A stretch of DNA of 64,000 bases from Phoronis australis. Taxonomy: Eukaryota; Animalia; Phoronida. Where the stretch lies: positions 30,921 through 94,920 of the forward strand of contig NMRA01000454.1 of the NCBI GenBank assembly GCA_002633005.1, given 5' to 3'. Positions 36,601 through 51,600 of this stretch are shown here, piece by piece. A model generated the notes under the pieces. It was not told where the DNA came from and did not search any database. It worked only from the letters and a program-made list of their open reading frames with translations. Positions within the stretch are counted from its first letter, which is position 1. Each line of letters starts with the position of its first letter. Made by a program: the position numbers and the translations under genes.

Positions 36601-39600
36601 AACTAGTGGCCATTTTTTCCGCTTTTTGGTCTGTTTTTGCAAGCGCCCTCTATCAACCAAACCACTCCTATTCTAAGGAAGATTATGAAAATTGGCGTAT
36701 ATATGCTCGTAGTGTGAGGAGGGCAGTTGACGATGATTTTCCGATGACTTCAACTACTGTGGTGCCTCCATGTGGCAGTTATGTTTTTTACACCCATAGC
36801 GTCCTAGTGCAATTTCAGTTTTTCCTCAGTTTCTCAGACAATCCTTGTCAGACAGATTTTTATGAAATTTGCTAAATATCTTTGATGACGTATACCAGTT
36901 TTTGGATGGGTTCAACATACTTTGTGCCTTCTAGTGGCCATTTTTAGAACACAGATAAACACTCCTAGAAGCACACCATTTGTGGTGCATTCGTGGGTGC
37001 ATTTCAACGTTCGTGTTGCTCTTGGTTTAGACTTGGGTACTTTTACAGAAACTTGGTCTTGTTACAGCAGAGCACGCAATGCAATGTAATATTACATGTT
37101 TGCTGGAATCCCAGACAGGCGCTATAAATATAAGCACGATTTATTTTTGGCACCAAAGTGTCTACTGTGTGGAGGACGGTTGACGATGATTTTCAGATGA
37201 GACTGACTACTGTGCTGACGTGTTGCTATGGAGATGGCAACAGATGGCGGCCAGTTTCAGAGCGGTCCAACTACTCCAGTCCTGTGCTCCCTTGTGGCAA
37301 TTTTGCTTTTTCAGTTTTCCTTTGTTTCGTTGAAGTTCCTTCATGGATTTTTGTGGACTATCATGATGGTAAATAGCTTTCTATTAATTAGAAACAATGA
37401 CATGTTGTTCATTTTGGATTCATCATGTATTGGCTGTTTTTACCATTTTCCAGTAGTCTATTTTTGGCATCCACCCCTCTATCAACCACACCACTGTAAG
37501 GATGATTTCGAAAATTGGGGTTTATGTTACTACTGTGGGGAGAACGGTTGATGATTTTTGGGTGACTGACTACTGTGGCACCTCATGGTGGCTTTTTTGT
37601 GTCTATGGCTGTATCTCCCAAACCCTCTGCAGGATCTTTTTTTTGACTGTATTTAAATAAATATAAATGGAATTGTCAACCGACAACAGCGACATATGGA
37701 TGGATCAGACTACTGCAGCTGTGCCTCCCTAGTGGCAATTTTTTTCTGTTGTCCTGTGTGTCTTCGAAACTCTTTGGCTGATGTTTATGAAATTCAATAA
37801 TTAGGTTTCTTGTAAAGATTCGACGGGTTCCTGTTTTTGGATAGATTCGACATATAGCGAGTGTGTTTATTACCATGCAATGTTGCAAGTACTGTACGTT
37901 TGACTATTAAGGAGACAGTGATCACTCAATGTCTTCTCAGTGTTCAGGCAGATTTGCCGTGTTCTGCACCACTCGGTGGCCATTTTAAAAATTCTTGAGT
38001 GGTACGTTTTCGACATCACATTCTCCACCCACCAAACTGTTTGATTTCATTCATAATTTTGAAGACTGACATTTTGAAACCAAGTGTCACTTCTTTCCTT
38101 AAAATACTGTAACATGATTTTAACACCCACAAATGTCTTGTTGAAAAACTCCTGGCATGTGGTTTGATAGGTTGTCTAAAGTGGTTCTAAGACTGGATAT
38201 GAAAAAATAGCAATGACAAGATTATTACTGGCATCTTGCCAGGACCACAGGTCGGTGTGTATAAAGAGCTACTTGTGTAATTGTCAGGTTTGTTGACTAA
38301 TTTTGTCGAGATATTGTTGGTTGTATGGAACCATGCCTGAATTAAGAGTCTCTCTTAAGCAAAAGTGACAAAATGAAAATGAAAAAAATGGGCTTGATTT
38401 CATAACGACAACAGTCCATCAGAACTCAGTCAAGCAGACAGTCGGAAATTTAGTATGCAAATTCTTGCAGCTATTCTCAGGGTCACAAGCTCTGTTAGAA
38501 TCCATAAGTCGTGTGCAGGACTAGAATTCAATGATAAATGAATGTCCCCTCTCTGTTGTAGGCAAGAAGGCTGGAGGTTAGAACATGAAGACCCAAACGA
38601 CCCGCACTCGCCTATTGTTTATAAAGGAGTAGTCTTTAATGAGATGAAGGGTGTCTTTGTAAGTCATTTACATTTTGTTGCCTAATTTGTGACAAATTCA
38701 TATTATTATTACTCTGACCCATAATTTACAGGAGGGAGACTTAATTTAGTTCCTACTCATGTCAAATCAATTTACTGCCATGTTTTATTGGTGAATTGAG
38801 TGGCTTATAAAGGCAAAGGCAACATTGTTTCATGTCATTTTTAGCAAAAATAAGGTTCGTTGATTATCCCAGACACATTTTTCACTTAATTACAGCTTTT
38901 CGTAATTTGATTAATTTCTCGTCCTCTACTCCGGAAGTGACGTTTTGGGAGGCAAGAGTTTCGCGCCAATTTCTTTTCATTACAGTCTGACTGTGAGAGC
39001 TGTCGAGTCAGACTTACCACAATCGAGGTAAAACAATGACTGACTCGACTGCTCTCATAGTCAGACTATATGAAAAGAAATTGGCGCGAAATTCTTGCCT
39101 CCCAAAACGTCACTTCCAGAGTAGACGATGAGTTATTACTAGTTAAATTATGAAAAGCAGTAAATAAGTGAAAAATATGTCTGGGATAATTAACGAACCT
39201 TATATTTGCTAAAAATGACATGAAAAAAGGTTGCCTTCACCTTTAATGGTCACTGCCACTGTGTATAGTGAGACTGGATGCTGAAGCGAAAATTTGCTGA
39301 GGATAATTTTTTGTCAAAAATTATGTTGGCATAGACATGGATTTTGTGATGGTGCTGTGGGTATTATGTTGAGACTGGCATGTATTCCTATGGAACTCAT
39401 TTTGTATAGGGGAAAAGAATGGAAAGACGGTCTCTCCCACTGTATTCAGGTGATTTCAAACCTTATTCAGTGGCCTTTATTCTAACTTGATATCAAAAAA
39501 ACAGTCTTTGTCAACTTTTTGTCTAGTAAAAGTATTATTTTCTGAAAGAAAAGCGACCAGGGATTAAGTCACAATTTCATTTTTAAAAAGGTACTCCATA

Positions 39601-42600
39601 GCAAAATACGCCTCGGTCGATTTTAATGAACCCTTTTTAAATGAAACCTTCACCAGTTACCTCAAAAATTGGCATTAGTGAAAACTGGCTTGAGGTCAAT
39701 ATAACCTTTACATGCCTAAACCATTGCTTGAGGTCAATATAACCTTTATATGCCTAAACCATTGCTTGAGGTCAATATAACCTTTACAGGCCTAAACCAT
39801 TGCTTGAGGTCAATATAACCTTTATACGCCTAAACCATTGCTTGAGGTTAATATAACCTTTACGTGCCTAAACCATTGCTTGAGGTCAATAACCTTGACA
39901 TTGCCTAAACCATGTTCGCTTCTCAACATTCAATGGCAATTTCAACTGAATTTTCATTATGTAACACTTTTTAAAAGTTAAAATTTTGTACTTGGCGTAT
40001 CATATACCTCGTGTTAACTAGGTCAGAAGGCAGAGCCAGCATTTAGTAGGCAAACAGTTGGTTGTATACTGTATATACACCGCACGGGAGAATAATATCA
40101 TGAAGGACCCAAGTTCGAAATGGGCAATTGAAATGGAGTTGGCGGTTAAAGCGCTTAGTGAGCACGAGATTGAAATAGCGAAATTTCAGATTACTGATAA
40201 AATAATGAATGTTATGTAGGATTTATCTTAAAGTTTTTTAACAACTTGCCGTGTTAGTGAATACTAAGTCACAGATGCAGTTCAGTGACTGGTACGCCGT
40301 GCATTTGTTCTTAAAAGTGGTATGCATTCAGATGCACAACTCCCTCAGATAAAAACTTTATTGTTTTATCTTCGTTTTCCACAGCATCTTGCTATGCTCT
40401 ATATACCTCAGTCGTTGACTCAATATTATGTAGACTCGGTGAATGAAAGGGCGGAAGGTACATAGGGAACTGCTCTATGCCTGTTGCCGGGAGATACGAT
40501 TTGAGTGACAGGCCTGTATTCTTTGACCAAGGGCGAGTACTAATACGCTGTTGAATGTGGTTGCACCACAGTAAATATATTTTTCTCGCTGCAGGGAATA
40601 TTTTTCCTATTTGAAGCTCACCGTTTGTCCCAAAATTCAAACCTGACTCTTGTGGGACTGTAACCATTAGTAACCATCGTGATGTACGACAACCATTAGT
40701 AAACATCCTGAGCAGACTGAAAAATGGCGGTCAGATAGTTGAAAATTCTTGCTTCGATTTTTTTCTTTCAAATTTTCAGTCACAGCATGAGAAGTTTATC
40801 GTCGTTAATCACCGAAAACATTCGTATGCATTGGTTTGCGTTAAAAAACAACCTGGTCAGTTTTTGTTCTTGTGTATGATTGACATGATGAAATAGCCAA
40901 CCCCCGTTTTCATCGGTCAAGCCAGGGTCTGCCTACAATAAACTAACAAATCGTGCACTCTTCTGCCAGTTAACCATGATATGACCATGGACACATTTTC
41001 ATTAGACATTTGTTGTTCTATTTTAATTTTAAGAAGATATTCGCTTTGCAAATTGACTTTGCGTTTTAGCACTTGGCCTAAAATAAACTTACCTGTTGTA
41101 ATTTTGTTGTCGAGCAAGTTGTTCCTCATGTCTCGTGAAAATGTGCCGTGTCGGTATTAAGAGGGTGTGCCCTCCATATTCAGATGTTTTACAAACCCAC
41201 CGTATCAAGGAGGCCTGGAATGTGATAAACGGATTAAAGTGCAATATTGAAAGTGGTTCTCTGCCACTGAAACAGAATTCAACCTGCTCACCAGGTATTT
41301 TTAGGATTGGATCTTGATAGTTTTGAATTTGTGTTGATATCAAATCACCACTGTATGAAGTGAGTTCACTTGTGATATTAACAGGGTTCACCCACTGTAT
41401 GAAGTGAGTTCACTTGCGATATTAACAGGGTTCACCCACTGTATGAAGTGAGTTCAGTTGCCATATTGAGACAGCTAAATCAAAATCAAGGTCCATATTT
41501 GAGAGTTGACAGTGTTACGGTCTAAAATAAATTTTTTCGGTCACTTACCAAATGCAAACTGAATCTCGTATGCAAAGAGTTTTTTAGAATGTGCAAATTA
41601 AACAACGAACCGTCAAAATCTGACAATGTTTGAGAAATTTATGCATGTTTTTGTCCATGAATTTCATGCATTTTTAGCATTACGAGTGGCCATTTTAAAA
41701 ATTACAATTTTCAACTGTCAACAGTAGAAAAGAAATTTATTTTATTAAGTAAGCAATTGCTTTAATAGATATGACTGGGAATAACCTGAGTCACTTTCAG
41801 AATCATCACTTAGATGAAGTTGTGCTTAATCATTGAGAAATGGTAGGGTTCATCATAAAATAGGCACTCGTTACAAAATTTGTAAATTCTGTGTTTCTAA
41901 CCCTCACTTGCTGTAAAGAAGGTTAAAAGTTCACACACTGTAATAAAAAGAACTGAAAAATATGTTGGCCTAGGCAACACAGAAAATTATTCAATATCAT
42001 TCTAAACAAACCAAAAGTTTGGATATTGACTAGACTCTGCTATTTTGAAAATGTGACTGTGGTTTAATCCTAGCTGAATGTATATGACTTATCCCTAACT
42101 GTGGTTCAACTTACTGAATGTATGGGGTTTAACTCTTAGTGAATGTATATGTTTAAACCCTAACTAAATGCATGTGGTTTAATCCTAACTGAATTAATGT
42201 GGTTTTACCCTCTGACTGAATAATTATTGTTTACATTCAGGCTGCTACAGCCATTATATTTGTCTTATCATGCCTTTTTACAGTCTAACTCTTTGAACAT
42301 TTATATTTGTCTTACCAATCCTTGTTACAGTCCAACTCTCAGAACATTTTCTCACAAGCCGTACAGAACCTCCTGCTCCCTAGTCACACGTACTCTGTGG
42401 TTTATGGCGGTGACCCTCAACACATTACTGACCTGACACATGAGCAACTGAAGGAGTTTCATGAGACTCACTATCATCCTAGTAATGCCAGGTGATGACT
42501 ATGAAGTGAATATTGTCGACGTATAAGGACATTACTGGTATGGTTATGAAGTGAACATTGTCAATGAATAAGGAGACAATACTGGTTTTACAGCTGAAAA

Positions 42601-45600
42601 CATGTGGTGGGGACTTCTTGAAGTTTTGACCAGAGCTTTAAACGTCAAGAGAATTCGGTGTATTTGTGGTTTTATTCCAAATCACCTCTTCTTGATGTCT
42701 GTTGGACATTCACGAAAGTCAAGGCCATTGACTTACCTGTTGAATCCGCTTGAAATATTCTAGTACGTAAATATTCTAGTACGTATCAAGTGGAGTTTAG
42801 CTGTGCTAGCAGAGCACTGTCCTGTGACTGTGACGGTTGTACAATTCAATTGCATGCTGAAGCTGACTGCCAGGGTTGTACAATTCAATTGCATGCTGAA
42901 GCTGACTGCCAGGGTTGTATATTCAATTCCATGCTGAAGCTGATCTCAGAAAAAGTTGTGCAAATTATCTCTAAGATGTGAAACACAAATTGAATCATTT
43001 TTTGAAAAACTTTAACACTTGAAGTGTCAAACACTGGTCAGTGGCTGTAGTCTGTGTTTTAGTTGACAGTTGCTTGGATGTCTGTCAGACACTGTCACAG
43101 TGGTCAGTGTCTGAAGTCTTATTGGACAGTAAGTTTGATCTGTAATTACAGGTTCTTCACCTACGGAGACTTTCCCATGGAGCGCCACCTGAAACTCATT
43201 GACTCACTATGCCTTAATAAGTTTTCAATGGTTAATATGGACACTTCAGTGCCATTAGAAGTCAGGTGGCCAAGTCCTGTAAGTTGAGATGTATTAAATA
43301 GTACAGTGACCTTGTGATGTACACTTTAGTCTCATTTAGACATCAACTTTTAGCTGGGCGCAACTGACACGGAGTAAATTGACCCATGTCAAGCGGCCGT
43401 TTACACACACAACTCACGGAGATTAAAGGTTGGAGAGACTGGATCGCACATGCACAGGTTTACAAATGACGAGAGTTGCAGAGACAAAGAACCCGTACAT
43501 AGGTCACTGCACAAGCGCAGTAGAGATGATCCTTTCCGCCTTGCTCCAGTTTCGGGTTTAGACTAAGCACAATTTGCTGTACCTCACAAATGGGTGGCAA
43601 AAATTTGTCACTGCGGTGTCAATTTGCTCCTTGTCAGTTCGTTTACACACTGGAACAACTTGCTCCATGTCAGCTGATCCGTGTCAACTTTGTAGTGTAA
43701 AGGTCACTTGTGGGTGCGTGCACCATGGGGGTGTGCTCTGTGTGCATGCACTATGGGTGCGTGCACCATGGGGGTGTGCTCTGTGTGCCTGCACTGTGGT
43801 TGTGTGCACTGTGGGTTTGTGCACGATTTGTGTGTGCATTGTGGGTGTGTGCACTGTGAGTGTGTGCACCATGCGCATGTGCACGGTGGGTGCATGCACC
43901 AGAGGCACGTGCACCATGGGCACGTGCACCAAGGGTGCGGGCACAAGGGACGCGGGTACCAAGGGACGGGGTACCAAGGGACGCGGGTACCAAGGACACG
44001 GGTACCAATGGCGCGGGCACCATGGGTGCGGGCACCCTGGATGTTTGCACCATGGGTGTGTGGACTACTGGGTATAGAGAAAGCGTGGTGAACCATATTA
44101 CTGTGCATTTGTAGTACATAAGATCACCTCTGCTTTCCTGTTCCTCGCATATCCCCATTTGTATTGGGTTGTNGCACCAAGGGTGCGGGCACAAGGGACG
44201 TGGGTACCAAGGGACGGGGTACCAAGGGACGCGGGTACCAAGGACACGGGTACCAATGGCGCGGGCACCATGGGTGCGGGCACCCTGGATGTTTGCACCA
44301 TGAATGTGTGGACTACTGGGTATAGAGAAAGCGTGGTGAACCATATTACTGTGCATTTGTAGTACATAAGATCACCTCTGCTTTCCTGTTCCTCGCATAT
44401 CCCCATTTGTATTGGGTTGTTCCAAGTTCTCAGATAACTGAAATCATCTTTATTTCTCTGTTGTCAGGAAACTTCACGAGATGATATCAACAGCTTCTGT
44501 TTCCAAACTTGTCAGTGTCCTTCACAAAACTTTTTATTCCTAAAGACTAGTGGAGAAATCTGTTGTTGATAATGCCACTTAAGAGTCCATATGAGACCCT
44601 CTCCTGGGTTTCCTATCCAAAAATTACATGGTGACGACGTTGTTTATGTGGAGTGGGACACCATCAGGTCAAAATTGGTTGCTGAAAATACAGAATTGTT
44701 AAAATAATTCACTCGTTAAATATTGGAAATGGTATTATCTAATGTGTGCCACAAGGTTTCTGCCTTGTAATCTTAGAGGTTATATGTATCTTCAGACTCC
44801 CGTGACCAATTTTTTCAAATGTGTTATAAGGAGCCAACACCACCTTGTAGTTTTCAAATGGATTCGAGGTATTCTGCACCATCAAGTGGCCATTTTTACA
44901 GTTTTTGAATTGACCAATCATCTCTGACGATCCTAATGAGAATTGGCGTGACGTGTGATCCTACTGGGAAAAGAATGGCTCTCAATAATTGATTATTTTC
45001 GGACTGCTCTGACTATAGTGGCTTCCCCTATTGGCATTTTTGTGTTCGCGACTGTATTCCCTAAATGGTTTGCAAGATCTTTCTTAAGTTTGACTGCAGG
45101 TAGCACTAGATGACAATTGTGGATGGACCATCAACTGCCGTTCTCTCCTAATGATATTTTTAGTTTTTTTCCTTTCCCTATAATTTATCTTTGGAGTTCT
45201 GTGACTGATTTTCATGAAATTTGGCGGGTAGTGATGAGGACATCTTCCTGTTTGCAGATGTATTTGCATAATGTATGCCAGCTACATCTAGTGGCCATTT
45301 TTATTATTTTCAAATCTGTTTTGGTGTCCACCTTTCTATCAACCAAACCAATTTAATGTTCAATATGGGAATTTGTATAATTATGTTGTAATTCTTTTAT
45401 GAAATGCATGGCTAATGATGATTTTGGGTAGGTGAGACTGCCATCGATGTCTTCTGGTGGGAATGCTGTCTTTTGCATGTACTAAATATCACCAAGTTCT
45501 TCAGTTGATGGTTTGGATATGTGCGACTGCTGTGGCGCCGTTTAGTGGCAATGTTGTTTTTGCTTGTACTCAATATCACCAAGTTTTTCAGAGCCGCCTG

Positions 45601-48600
45601 GTGGCAATTTGTTTTTTTTGCATTCGCCTTGATGGATGTTCATGGACAAATAGCTTTTATTATCAAGTGGACAGCAGCACCCCTAGTGACCTTTCTGTTG
45701 TGTTTTGTGTCCTTTATCGCTATCTTTGAAACTTCTTAAAGAATAATGATGAAAGGTAGTGGGCACTGTGTTTTGTGCTGATGTTGCATTTATAAAGACG
45801 AGAGAATGTTTAAAGTAATAATTATCTTGTATCTGCACTGCCTGTTATGCCACATTGGGCGCAGATCAATTCTGTTGTTTATTTTCAGAGAATTGAGCAC
45901 ATTTCCTGTCGGCCTGACCCGATGGCCGCAGATCCTGGAAAGCAGACAACTGTTGCCGTTAGTTTCCTTTTGTCAGAGTGAGTGATCAGAATATTTATAT
46001 TCTGTGCTTTAAATATCTTAAGTTTGATATGAAGTGCTCTGTCTGCTTAGTTTGTAATAATTTCTGCTTCGACGAGTTGTTGAATAAGTTGATTTTCTGC
46101 TTCCTCGCATTAGTGTGAAATCAGAGACATTTAGTATTAATGTCTGTAGGTGACGCATGAAGTGAGAGGCATTGGAATTGACATCATTCCGTAGGTCACA
46201 CCTGAAGTCACAGGCATTACTATAGGTCACACCTGAAGTCACAGGCATTACTATAGGTCACACCTGAAGTCACAGGCATTACTATAGGTCACNGCAGATC
46301 AATTCTGTTGTTTATTTTCAGAGAATTGAGCACATTTCCTGTCGGCCTGACCCGATGGCCGCAGATCCTGGAAAGCAGACAACTGTTGCCGTTAGTTTCC
46401 TTTTGTCAGAGTGAGTGATCAGAATATTTATATTCTGTGCTTTAAATATCTTAAGTTTGATATGAAGTGCTCTGTCTGCTTAGTTTGTAATAATTTCTGC
46501 TTCGACAAGTTGTTGAATAAGTTGATTTTCTGCTTCCTCGCATTAGTGTGAAGTGAGAGACATTTAGTATTAATGTCTGTAGGTGACGCATGAAGTGAGA
46601 GGCATTGGAATTAACATCATTCCGTAGGTCACACCTGAAGTCACAGGCATTACTATAGGTCACACCTGAAGTCACAGGCATTACTATAGGTCACACCTGA
46701 AGTCACAGGCATTACTATAGGTCACACCTGAAGTCACAGGCATTACTATCGTTTTTTTTGTACAAAAGTGTTAGTGCCATATCTGTAGATGTCAGAGTAC
46801 ATTTTATTGGTCTTTGCTTTTCAAGTCATAGCAAGAATTTAAGAATTTGACATTGAGAAAGGGGCATGAGATATCTCGAAAAGGAAGCGCTGCATTTTGT
46901 TCTTATCAAGTTTGGCGACATTGACCTTTTTTTCAATGTTGTTGATATGATATTTCAAAAAGTATGTTATAAAGTAATATAGCTTCTCCAAAATGAACTC
47001 TCAAATCAGTTAATTAGTATGCATATATTAGAACTTAGGAAAACTACAAAACAGGACTTTTTAAAATATTTATGAAACTTCAATTGGTGACGGACATTAT
47101 GGTTTGTGTTTTGCACAGGCGATAACGAACCATACTTGTAAAAGTAAGCGATTCAAATATTTTTCACCATTAAGACATTCGACTGCCATGCTCGGCTATC
47201 TTCGTCAGAGTGTTCAGTTGCATACTAGACGAATTATCAGATAATTTCACAATCGCTGTGTTTGTTAGGTAAGTGGAAGTTCAAGGAAATACATTTTAGT
47301 TGATCATTTCATATCAGTTACAAAATTGTTACCTTTTAGTTTAAAAATTTTACAATTAATTAGCACATTCTAATACGGGCCCCTATGGGAATCTCTAAGC
47401 AAAAATTTTGATGTTAGAATATGCATCCACATCTTTTTGAAGCCGAAGGTGTGATCGACGCGCAATTCCAATACAAGCTGCTAACAAGTATGTCCCGTAT
47501 TGGAATCGTCGACAATAGGCAGATTAATGTGGTGCAAAATACGTGGAAATGTAACAACATAATTTTATCTTTTTGCATAAAGCAATTATATTTAAATTCA
47601 TTGCAAATGTTATATTAGGAAATAAGTTTTCAAAATAATTGGCCTTGAAATCCGGAAACCTGAATTGGCCGCCATTTTGAGTATAGTCTCTGTCAACCTT
47701 GCACAAAGATTGAAAGTTCTTTATCAACATGATGCTATGAGTATCTGTAAAATATTTAACATTTTAAATTCAATCGTAAAATGTATTCTGATATGAACCG
47801 CTTGCATCGGAATTCTGATGTACGAGAACAGCCCAAATCAGAATATTCTGATTTGGGTTAGATTTCAACATACACTAAAAGAGCAATATTCCAGACTCCA
47901 ATCTCTGATGATAAAGGGTGTATGAACTTGAGTGATATTTTTAGAAGTCTACCTTTTCTCGCTGTTTGAAATTCAAACAGACATCTGTTTTTTAGCGCGC
48001 TCAGATAAAGGTGAAGACAAGGAGCAGTTGTTCACAAGTCTTCTAGACCACCCAGAGGACAGAAGATTGTGCTCTTTATAGTCTCAAGTCTGATTATTAA
48101 GGCATCTCAGCGAAACTACGTCGAATTTTCCAGAAACATGATGTGGACATAGCATTAGCCCTGGCTACACTCTGTCCCCCAAGGATGTAGCGCCCCCTGG
48201 TAGTCTATTAGTGTCCCCCAAGGATGTAGCACCCCCTGATCAAAACTGTGCTGTTATATACTTAGTGGATTGTATTTCCTGTAAGGCTTCCTATGTAGTA
48301 GAATCAGGTTCTCAGCTAAGAACTTGATTGACGAGCATAGGATATCTTTGAGGACTGGCTCGTTGTCTTCAACTTTATCAGAATACGCTCGAGAAAATTA
48401 TCATATTACATATTGATTTGGAGTCATTTTAAACAGTGAGAACATGAACACTGTCTCCTAGAAGTATCAGGGAAGGTATCTCTGTCAGGCATCGTGCCGC
48501 CTCTTCAACAGGGACGGAGGCGTGGAGTTGCCCTTTATGTACAACTGTGTTCTGGCCACTACTGAGCCTCTTAGCAACAGTCTATAGACTGAACTAAACA

Positions 48601-51600
48601 TTATGAGGAAAAGAGCCCTCCATGGCAGCTGAAAGTTTTAATGGTGAGATATATTTATTGCTTGCTTGCTATTGAAGCTTAGCATTATGTACAGTGTCAC
48701 ATCGTTTGATATAGATAGCACATCTCTAGGTGCCAGTTGTTTTTGTAAGCCTTGACCTTGTTTTCTAGGCCATTGCTACTTTGTAAATGTGGTTTTATAG
48801 GTTGGGCATCTCCAAGTTGTAGTCATATTTCATGACGTTGACCTCGTTTTCTAGATTATAGTGAGAACTGTTGAATCCATATGACATCATGCACTGGATG
48901 AAAGTTTATTTGTGCGAGCAAAACATTTGATTTCTCACTTGAAAATTGAAATTTCTCTTTGAGTAATCATTTTTCAGAAGTTTTAAATTGTGGTAAATTG
49001 TGTTTTAACGATGTTCCCCTGGTTTATCTTTAGACAAGATGAACATGTTTATTGCTGGGTGATATTAAATGCTCAAATGAATACATTTTAAATTATGCAC
49101 TATTGAACAGCACAGACCTACAGTCAGCCATATCAGCACTGACTCTGTAGTTGTCCACTGACTCTGTAGTTGTCCATTGACTCTGTAGTTGTCCACTGAC
49201 TCTGTAGTTGTCCACTGACTCTCTAGTTGTCCACTGACTCTGTAGTTGTCCACTGACTCTGTAGTTGTCCACTGACTGTAGTTGTCCACTGACTCTGTAG
49301 TTGTCCATTGACTCTGTAGTTGTCCACTGACTCTGTAGTTGTCCACTGACTCTGTAGTTGTCCACTGACTCTGTAGTTGTCCACTGACTCTGTAGTTGTC
49401 CACTGACTCTGTAGTTGTCCACTGACTNNNNNNNNNNNNNNNNNNNNNNNNNNNNNNNNNNNNNNNNNNNNNNNNNNNNNNNNNNNNNNNNNNNNNNNNN
49501 NNNNNNNNNNNNNNNNNNNNNNNNNNNNNNNNNNNNNNNNNNNNNNNNNNNNNNNNNNNNNNNNNNNNNNNNNNNNNNNNNNNNNNNNNNNNNNNNGCTC
49601 TGTAGTTGTCCACTGGCTCTGTAGTTGTCCACTGGCTCTGTAGTTGTCCACTGGCTCTGTAGTTGTCCACTGCTGATGTAGTGGGAGACAATTTCCCTGG
49701 CTAACATTTTCGGAGTTGATCCATACTTTACAGTAACATGGGTGGTGCACCATAGGGGACTGGTGGGCTATAGCCCCCCACTTTTTTCAGTGTTATGCCG
49801 CTCATGGTCTGTAGGCGGTGCACCACAGCGGAGCTGAGGGGCTTTAGCTCTCCACTTTTTTCCGTGCTGTGCCCCCCATGAATAATGATATTATTGAACA
49901 TCGACTCACCATTTTATTCTGTCAGCTTGCTTGTAGTTTACATACAAATAACGATCCACATGACTTAACAGTGATTCACTCAGCCAGCTTATAGTTTACA
50001 TACAAATAACGTTTACACGGAAGTATTTCACATGATTTGTAGTATCACTGATACGTACGAGTCTTTCACACTGAGTGTGCTGTCTGCCCTGCTAGTGGAC
50101 GGGCCCACCTCACCATTTTACCAATCCCTGCTGGAGTCCAACATCGGCTCTGACTATGCACCAGTACTGGGGTAAGTGAAACAGTTCATTTTCAATTATG
50201 CTATCTGTATTGAGAACATTGTTGGCTAATGTCAAAGCCACTACTGCTTGGAAGTTTGACTTATCTTTGATGTTGCTATGTTGCATGTTACAAGTATTGT
50301 GTGGAATGGGTGACGACAATTTAGGTAGTGCTCACTACGTCTCTGTAGGACAGCATTAGTGGAGATGGCTCAAGGATGAGTGTTCCTTGTGTATTGGATT
50401 AACGATGACTTGACCTATATTGTATACTTTGACTAGACCACACTGAGAGCAATACCCAGGACAGCAGTCAGGTGTCTAAAGCACATACCGTCCTGTGACG
50501 GTTCAGTTACTGCTTGACGGTATTCCTGGTAAAATCAAACATCTCATGATGTTGTTGAGTTTCATACTAAAACAGTGTGAAACTAATTGAAACTAATATG
50601 CTGCCTACATCCAAAATCAAGTGATTGTGCTTTGAAGGTCTTGAATGTCTTTCAGGTGTTCTTTCTTTACCTCAGCATCACTGTTAAAAAACATGTAAAA
50701 ATTGCTTTTTCAAATCAAATGACTTTAGTTAATACTTAATTGTCCAGTTTCTCTTATATTTTATTCAGTTATGATGGCAATACACGCGAGGCCACGTTTT
50801 CTATCGGTCTTCAAGGCATAAGCAAGAATGATGTTGACATGGTACTGCAACGGATTCAAGATACCTTCCACTCCGTTATCAAGTTTGTATCAATGCTGTT
50901 TTTATCTCGTCAGATAGGTGTTAGAATATGATCTGTTATCAGACGTTTAATTGTGTTTGGGAATGTTTGCCTTAAATTGACATGAATGCAAAATCATGTA
51001 GTTAGATTTTATTAATACCCATTTTAACAAAATCTTACCCAGTGCTGTTGTTTTTTGTTGAACTTCTTCCATGTAGATGTTTGTTTTTATTACCTACCTG
51101 GATTTGCCAAATTGTTTTCCTAATGAGAAAAAGCATGATTGTGAAGACTTGTGGGCTGATCTTAGTACTGTGGTGCACCTTAGAATTGAAACATTGTCAG
51201 TGTGATTGATATGAGTACTGTGGTGCACTTTAGTAGTGACATATTGTCACTGAATGATCTGAGTACTATGGTGCACCTTAGTAGTGACACATTGTCAGTG
51301 TGATTGATCTGAGTACTATGGTGCACCTTAGTAGTGACACATTGTCATCGTGACTGCCTAGTTCTTTCATTGATGAGTGTTCATGAATATGTCCCTTTGT
51401 ATTGAATCTGAAGTTGCAGTGAAAATATTTGAACACATAACTTCTTTTATTGTCTGTGATGCCCACTGTGGGTGCATATTATCAACATTGCAATGTGATG
51501 CCCTCTATGGGTGCATATCAACATTGCACTGTTCTTGTTTATAATGTGCTACGGGGTAAAAACGTATTACAGCTACTGCCAAATTTTGCTCATTAAGTGG

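Noticed and set aside
40050-41340. Several short ORFs in PITRM1 intron 6 as a nested gene or Crypton
   Set aside because: Only a weak NTK..F.DW resemblance; no tyrosine-recombinase catalytic motifs or splice chain visible.
43574-44406. Cys/His-rich ORFs as metallothionein- or keratin-associated-like proteins
   Set aside because: They derive from a roughly 15-bp GC-rich minisatellite open in most frames on both strands, partly duplicated across an N.
49065-49753. 200-aa repetitive ORFs ([14 protein letters not shown])
   Set aside because: Translation of a 19-bp tandem repeat plus an N gap.
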